Assembly (NCBI GenBank): GCA_964566185.1
Contig: CAZMHS010000001.1
Coordinates: 13,662-77,661, forward strand
From: an uncultured Alphaproteobacteria bacterium
GTDB taxonomy: Bacteria > Pseudomonadota > Alphaproteobacteria > UBA3830 > CAYLKK01
Direction of reading: 5' to 3'
Length of the DNA: 64,000 bases
Part shown: positions 58,976-64,000 of the stretch, one piece after another
Layout: every line of letters starts with the position of its first letter
Numbering within the stretch: the first letter of the stretch is position 1
The notes under the pieces: generated by a model
Told to the model about the DNA's origin: nothing
Database searches by the model: none
The model's input: only the letters and a program-made list of their open reading frames with translations
Translations under genes and position numbers: made by a program

Positions 58976-60136
58976 ATGAATTTAACTCGTAAGAGATTTG
59001 CTTTTATCTGTTGTGGCGTTGGTTCTGCACTCGCTTGTATATTTTTTTGGTACCGTTCTGTTAATCGTGATAAAGTAATCTCGAATGGTGTTGATAGAGC
59101 GCCGATGGTACGAGTGGCAAATGCTAGAATTATGCCTATTTGTCGTTTTTTGAAACTGACGGGAATTTTGACACCAAGCAATTCTGTGGAAATAAAGGCT
59201 GAAGTCGATTCTACCGTAGTCGGCGTTCATTTTTCTGAAGGTGGAACAGTAAAGCGTGGCGATTTATTAGTGCAATTAGATGATTCTAGAGCTCTTGCAG
59301 CTTTGAAGGAGGCTGAGGCACAATGCGAAAAAATACGTAGCGAGTATAAGCCTTCCGCTGAACTGGCTGAAAAAGGAGTAATTAGTAAGGTGCGGCGTGA
59401 TACATTAAAGGCTGAGCTTAGTGCTGCCGAGGCCCGCGTGGCTTCTTGCAAGGTTGTGCTTGAAAAGCATCGAATCGTCGCTCCTTTTTCAGGAAAGGTC
59501 GGCCTCAAGGAAATAAGTGAAGGGCAGTTTGTAAATGTGGGGTATGTGCTCGCAAAATTGGTCGATGATGAGGCGTTGCGAGTTGATTTTAAGGTGCCTG
59601 ATGTCAATATTGCTGAGGTTTATTCTGGGCAAAAGGTCGATGTTTCGGTTGATGGTAATGAGAATAGTTATTCCGCTACGGTAACTGCTATTGATCCTGA
59701 AAGTGACAAAATGTCTCATAGTTTTAATGTTCGCGCCGTTCTTGAACAGAAAAGTGGTAATGCTCTAAAACCTGGTATGTTCGTGAAAGTCGGCGTCGCC
59801 TTGGACCGTTGTAAAAATGGTATTGTTATTCCTGAAGGCGCTATAGAACGATATGGCGAAATTGAGAGCGTTTTTCGAGTTTTATCTGATGGTACTGCTG
59901 TTCGTACTAATATTACTTCTGGGTACAGAAACAAAGGTGTTGTAGAAATTCTGTCTGGCTTAAACGAAAGCGACACTGTCGTTATGGAGGGTGGCGCTAG
60001 AGTCGTTGAGGGAAAAAAGGTGCAAATCGTTACAGATGAGATGATCATTGCGTACAGGAAGAAACAGAAAGAGTTAGCTAAAAAAAAGGCTGGTCTGCAA
60101 AAACAGAGTGAGCCTGGTACCAATGTGAAACGATAG
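58976..60136 (+). CDS. RND efflux periplasmic adaptor (membrane fusion protein), second system
   Basis: It has an N-terminal anchor (FAFICCGVGSALACIFFWY). The blocks GDLLVQLDD, a coiled-coil hairpin, HRIVAPFSGKVG and GMFVKV are typical of the HlyD_D23/MFP fold. The AAGG SD lies before ATG 58976. Confidence 0.85.
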   Translation: MNLTRKRFAFICCGVGSALACIFFWYRSVNRDKVISNGVDRAPMVRVANARIMPICRFLKLTGILTPSNSVEIKAEVDSTVVGVHFSEGGTVKRGDLLVQLDDSRALAALKEAEAQCEKIRSEYKPSAELAEKGVISKVRRDTLKAELSAAEARVASCKVVLEKHRIVAPFSGKVGLKEISEGQFVNVGYVLAKLVDDEALRVDFKVPDVNIAEVYSGQKVDVSVDGNENSYSATVTAIDPESDKMSHSFNVRAVLEQKSGNALKPGMFVKVGVALDRCKNGIVIPEGAIERYGEIESVFRVLSDGTAVRTNITSGYRNKGVVEILSGLNESDTVVMEGGARVVEGKKVQIVTDEMIIAYRKKQKELAKKKAGLQKQSEPGTNVKR

Positions 60137-60153
60137 ATTTATGGTGTAAAAAT

Positions 60154-63100
60154 ATGAATATAGCAGAGGTATGTGTAAAGCGTCCTGTCTTTTCTACCGT
60201 ATTGACGCTCATAATATTGGTTCTTGGTATAGTTTTTTATAACAGATTACCTGTTAGGAAGTATCCTAATGTGGATCAGCCTGTGATTACTGTTGAGACA
60301 GAATTTAGAGGGGCAAATCCGCAAGTCGTTGAAAACCAGATATCTAAGTTGTTGGAAGGACAATTCGCTACAATTCCTGGTGTAGAGTCCATTGTGTCTA
60401 ATAGTGGAAACGAAAATAGTAGCATAAGTATAACATTCGCTCCTGAACGTGATTTGGATGGTGCTGCTGCTGACGTTCGAGATAGAATTTCTCTTGTTAA
60501 GAATCAACTACCGCAGGGAATACACGACCCTCTGATAAGAAAATCGGATAGTAGTGCAAACGCTGGGCTTTTCATTGTATTTACAGGCGATAATGTCAAT
60601 GTACAAGAGTTGTTTACTCATGTGGATAAATTTTTAAAACCGAAATTTGAAATGCTTCCTGGTGTTGCTAGGGTTGACGTAGGTGGTGGAAATGAAAAAA
60701 GTATGCGTATTTATGTTGATCCACAGAAGTTATCATCTTTGGGGTACACTCCTGCTGATGTTGTTGAAGCCGTATACAGCCAACATGTACAAAGGCCTTT
60801 AGGTCGTATTATTGGCGAAAATCGTGAATTTATGATGGTCGCTGATTGCGAGTTGAATAATCCTGAAAAGTTCGATGATGTTGTGCTACCTGTAAAGCAT
60901 GGAAGAGGGAAAATTGTAAAAATAAAGGATATTGGACATACTGAGTTTGTTAATGAAGAGAAGCGTAATGGTACGTTCTTTAACGGAAAAGAGGCTGTTT
61001 CAATAGCGATTACAAAACAATCTACTGCGAATCCTATAGATTTAAGTAAACATGTTTATAATGTTTTACCTGACGCAAAAGAATTGCTTCCTAAAGGAGT
61101 AGATGTTATCGTCGCAATGGATGAAGCTGAAGAAATTCAAGAATCTATGAATAACGTATTTCAGGCTATTTTTGAGTCCATTGTGCTGGTTTTAGGCGTT
61201 GTTTTTCTGTTTCTATGGTCGCCAACTGCTACGTTGATACCGATCGTTACGATTCCTGTATCGTTAATAGGTACATTCATATTTCTACATTTTTTCGGGT
61301 TTTCTGTAAATATTTTAACATTATTGGCTATGGTTCTTGCTGTAGGGCTTGTCGTCGATGATGCTATTGTTGTATTGGAGAATGTTTGCCGACATATAGA
61401 ACATGGCAAAGATAAGGTTAAGGCATCTATTGAAGCTACGAAGGAAATCGCGTTTGCCGTGATAGCTATGACGTTAACTTTAGCTACAGCATATATTCCT
61501 GTCGCATTAACTCCTGGGAGAATGGGGGGAATGTTAAAAGAGTTTGCTTTAGCATTGGCTAGTTCTGTTATTATTTCTGGCTTTGTAGCATTGACTCTAA
61601 CTCCGATGATGTGTTCTAAGTTATTGAAGGATAAAAATTCAAAAAAAGATGTCGGATGGATTGCAAATCACTCTACTAAACAGCAGAGTTTGTTAAGAAG
61701 TATTGATGAGTTCTATATCGGTATATTAAAACGTTTATGTGAACATAAAGTAATTGTTTCTTGTGCCGCTGGATTGATATTGCTTTCGGGCATATTTTTA
61801 ATGTATAAACTGCCGTCAGAAAGTTTCCCGAGAGAGGATTCTGGATATGTAAATATTCGTGGAGAGTCGCCCACTGGCGCAACATATAGTTACGTAGAAA
61901 AAAATGCTCTCATTATGGATGATTTGATGAAGGATATGCCTGATACGAGATTGCGTTACGTTAAGGTAAATGAAAATGCCGTTTCAGGGTTTTTGACATT
62001 AGTGCCGTGGCGGCAGCGTAAAAATTCAGCTCAAGATATTACTGATATGCTTAATGAGTCGTTTCGAACGGTTTCTGGCGTATTAGCTTCTGCTTACACA
62101 TTTTCAGGAAGTGGCGATGAAGATGTTGGGTTCGTGCTGCAAACCAATCAGGGATATCCTTATTTAAGTCGATATGGTCATGGATTTGCTATGCTGTTAA
62201 GAGAATCTTATCCAGGTTTAGATCGCGGAATACGTTCTACGCTTCTTGCTGATCAAGAAGAGTTTGTCATTTCAGTTGATCGTGATAAAGCTGCTGCTGT
62301 TGGTGTAACAATGAACGAAGTCCTCGATGCTATAGAAACATCGATTAAGGGACGAAAAGCTGGGAATGTACAAAGGGAATCTTATAGAGATGAGATCTTT
62401 GTGCAATTAGATAAGCAATATAGAGAAACTATTGATGTATTGAAGTATATATACGTGAAATCTCCTATTGTTGAGGGAAATAGAGACGGCGCTATGGTGC
62501 CTGTTATTGATTTAGTTAATGTAAAAACAAAATTGTCTCCAGCTAGTTTGTATCATAATGATAAAATGCTCGCCGCAAGCTTTACTGCTCAGGTAGCAAA
62601 AGGATATTCTCTTGGACAGGTTGTTAATGATATAAAAGAGTTTAAAAATAGGTACTTGCCTGATTTAATTATTTTGTCATTTACTGGTGCGACAAAGAAT
62701 TATTTAGCTGATAGTCAGCAAATGTTGTTTGTTTTCGTGTTGGCTATAGTGTTCGTGTTTCTTGTCTTAGCTGCTCAATTTGAGAGTTTTGTAGATCCTA
62801 TAATTATCATGATTAGTGTTCCGTTGGCTGTTACAGGCGCTCTAGTCGTGCTATTTTTTACTAGTGATGGAAGCTTAAATATTTATTCTAAGATAGGACT
62901 TGTAACGTTAATTGGATTGATAACGAAACACGGTATATTGATTGTTGATTTTGCCAACAAAATTAAGGAATCTGGGAAGAGTATTGTTGAGGCTGTACAA
63001 ACTGCTGCATATTTGCGCTTGCGTCCGATATTAATGACTACGCTTGCTATGGTTCTTGGCGCCGTTCCATTGGTTTTTGCTAATGGCGCTGGAGCTGGAG

Positions 63101-63246
63101 CAAGACGTCAGATCGGGTATTCTATCGTTGGGGGGATGAGTTTTGGAACGCTATTTACGTTACTTGTGCTGCCTATAATATACATAATCTTTATGGAATT
63201 GAAGGAAAACGTATACGCTGCGATTGCAAAAAGAAAGAATACGTAG
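60154..63246 (+). CDS. RND efflux permease (AcrB/AcrD/AcrF family), second system
   Basis: MNIAEVCVKRPVFSTVLTLIILVLGIVFYNRLPVRKYPNVDQPVITV, VVDDAIVVLENV and GLITKHGILIVDFA are present, with 12-TM architecture. No outer-membrane factor gene follows. Confidence 0.95.
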   Translation: MNIAEVCVKRPVFSTVLTLIILVLGIVFYNRLPVRKYPNVDQPVITVETEFRGANPQVVENQISKLLEGQFATIPGVESIVSNSGNENSSISITFAPERDLDGAAADVRDRISLVKNQLPQGIHDPLIRKSDSSANAGLFIVFTGDNVNVQELFTHVDKFLKPKFEMLPGVARVDVGGGNEKSMRIYVDPQKLSSLGYTPADVVEAVYSQHVQRPLGRIIGENREFMMVADCELNNPEKFDDVVLPVKHGRGKIVKIKDIGHTEFVNEEKRNGTFFNGKEAVSIAITKQSTANPIDLSKHVYNVLPDAKELLPKGVDVIVAMDEAEEIQESMNNVFQAIFESIVLVLGVVFLFLWSPTATLIPIVTIPVSLIGTFIFLHFFGFSVNILTLLAMVLAVGLVVDDAIVVLENVCRHIEHGKDKVKASIEATKEIAFAVIAMTLTLATAYIPVALTPGRMGGMLKEFALALASSVIISGFVALTLTPMMCSKLLKDKNSKKDVGWIANHSTKQQSLLRSIDEFYIGILKRLCEHKVIVSCAAGLILLSGIFLMYKLPSESFPREDSGYVNIRGESPTGATYSYVEKNALIMDDLMKDMPDTRLRYVKVNENAVSGFLTLVPWRQRKNSAQDITDMLNESFRTVSGVLASAYTFSGSGDEDVGFVLQTNQGYPYLSRYGHGFAMLLRESYPGLDRGIRSTLLADQEEFVISVDRDKAAAVGVTMNEVLDAIETSIKGRKAGNVQRESYRDEIFVQLDKQYRETIDVLKYIYVKSPIVEGNRDGAMVPVIDLVNVKTKLSPASLYHNDKMLAASFTAQVAKGYSLGQVVNDIKEFKNRYLPDLIILSFTGATKNYLADSQQMLFVFVLAIVFVFLVLAAQFESFVDPIIIMISVPLAVTGALVVLFFTSDGSLNIYSKIGLVTLIGLITKHGILIVDFANKIKESGKSIVEAVQTAAYLRLRPILMTTLAMVLGAVPLVFANGAGAGARRQIGYSIVGGMSFGTLFTLLVLPIIYIIFMELKENVYAAIAKRKNT

Positions 63247-63402
63247 CCTTCATTGTGCATTAGCGTTGTTTATTCTTGTTAAGAAATAAATGTTGTTTCC
63301 ACTTTTGTAAAGTATGCGTATGATGTGTTTTTTGTCGATTTTTACGTAAGCAGCTGTACATTTAATGTAATTTGGCAGTTATATCGCACGCCATGTGTAA
63401 TG

Positions 63403-64000
63403 TTATTGCTTATTTTTCCGGTGCGAGTCCCACCAAAGTTTGCGTTTTTTTATTTCTTTTTCAAATCCTCGTTCTGATGGTGTGTAAAATTCTTGTCGTG
63501 GTAGTCCATCGGGAAAAAAGTCTGTGCCTGCAAATGCGTTTTTCGTATCATGATCATAAATGTATCCTTTTCCATAATCTGCATTTTTCATCATTGTTGT
63601 CGGCGCATTCAATATTTGTTTGTCAGGCATTAATGAGCCAAATTCTTTAGCGCATTGTCTGGATTTGATATATGCTACTTCAATTGAATTCGATTTAGGC
63701 GCGGTTGATAAATATATGACAGCTTGTGCTACAGCGAGCTCGCCTTCTGGTGATCCTAATAAATCGTATGCTTCTCTAGCTGCTAGAGCTTGCAATAATG
63801 CATTAGGGTCAGACATTCCTATATCTTCTACAGCGAATCGAATAAGTCGCCTTGTTATGTACGCAATATTTTCTCCACCTTCAAGCATTCGTGTAAACCA
63901 GTAAAGTGCGGCATTTACATCAGAGCCTCTCATCGACTTATGGAGTGCGCTAATTAGATTATAGTGTTCGTCTCTTGATTTATCGTAAATTATAGCGCGT
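63403..64000 (-). CDS. rarA: replication-associated recombination protein A (RarA/MgsA), C-terminal part; 5' end outside the window
   Basis: The reverse frame is open to the window edge (...YDKSRDEHYNLISALHKSMRGSDVNAALYWFTRMLEGGENIAYITRRLIRFAVEDIG...). This is the conserved MgsA C-terminal domain. Confidence 0.9.
   Translation of the reverse strand, partial: RAIIYDKSRDEHYNLISALHKSMRGSDVNAALYWFTRMLEGGENIAYITRRLIRFAVEDIGMSDPNALLQALAAREAYDLLGSPEGELAVAQAVIYLSTAPKSNSIEVAYIKSRQCAKEFGSLMPDKQILNAPTTMMKNADYGKGYIYDHDTKNAFAGTDFFPDGLPRQEFYTPSERGFEKEIKKRKLWWDSHRKNKQ

Noticed and set aside
63372-63904. Two + strand ORFs (92 aa and 94 aa) lie at the end of the window.
   Set aside because: Both lie antisense to the clearly recognisable rarA C-terminal domain. 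They are shadow frames.
1-64000. I searched by eye for CRISPR arrays, rRNA or tRNA genes, IS elements with terminal inverted repeats, integrases, phage genes and toxin-antitoxin pairs.
   Set aside because: I saw no regularly spaced short repeats. No T-loop or cloverleaf candidates occur in any spacer longer than 100 nt. I found no transposase (other than the Rpn-type nuclease), integrase or phage structural motifs. Absence is by visual inspection only. It should be confirmed with tRNAscan-SE, Infernal, CRISPRCasFinder and ISEScan.

Overview
This 64-kb window comes from an AT-rich Gram-negative genome. Gene content and local synteny suggest an obligate-intracellular alphaproteobacterium (Rickettsiales/Holosporales-like). 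The supporting synteny is mtaB-ftsY, yidC-engB, yebC-ruvC, leuS-lptE-holA and surA-rsmA, plus an Rpn/PD-(D/E)XK 'transposase' and an RI-type LRR protein. That taxonomic call is inference only. The window is almost fully coding and mostly on the + strand. Only the LRR gene, rsmA, surA and the rarA fragment lie on the - strand.

Recognisable content:
- Housekeeping genes: ftsY, yidC, engB, yebC, ruvC, prmC, HU, rpoB, rpoC, leuS, rpmB, tgt, proS, lolCD, xseA, fabD and rarA.
- Envelope biogenesis genes: an AsmA-like giant protein, lptE, tamAB, surA, kdsB and galU-ugd.
- Two RND efflux systems, one complete with an outer-membrane factor and one without.
- A small LPS-modification cluster: two glycosyltransferases, a CptA/EptC-like phosphoethanolamine transferase and dgkA.
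- A yhhQ-tgt queuosine-salvage pair.

I found no rRNA, tRNA, CRISPR array, prophage or classical IS element.

The feature least explained by known biology is a two-copy module of about 1.2 kb (3712-4900 and 39901-41059). Each copy has an ORF-free conserved leader of about 400 nt. The leader carries a 12-bp perfect palindrome and a 10-bp long-range helix. It is followed by a gene for an unrecognisable 252-262 aa protein. The two copies share a 563-bp tract of perfect identity embedded in diverged flanks. The protein shows a mosaic pattern of conserved and hypervariable segments. Copy B sits next to an Rpn-family nuclease gene.

Other points worth follow-up:
- A sensor-kinase-like protein that appears to lack the canonical phospho-acceptor His and the N-box Asn.
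- A Tgt with a non-canonical substrate-pocket motif next to the YhhQ transporter.
- A signal-peptide-bearing eukaryote-like LRR protein.
- rpoBC uncoupled from the ribosomal-protein genes that usually precede it.

All functional calls rest on motif recognition by eye. No database search was run.
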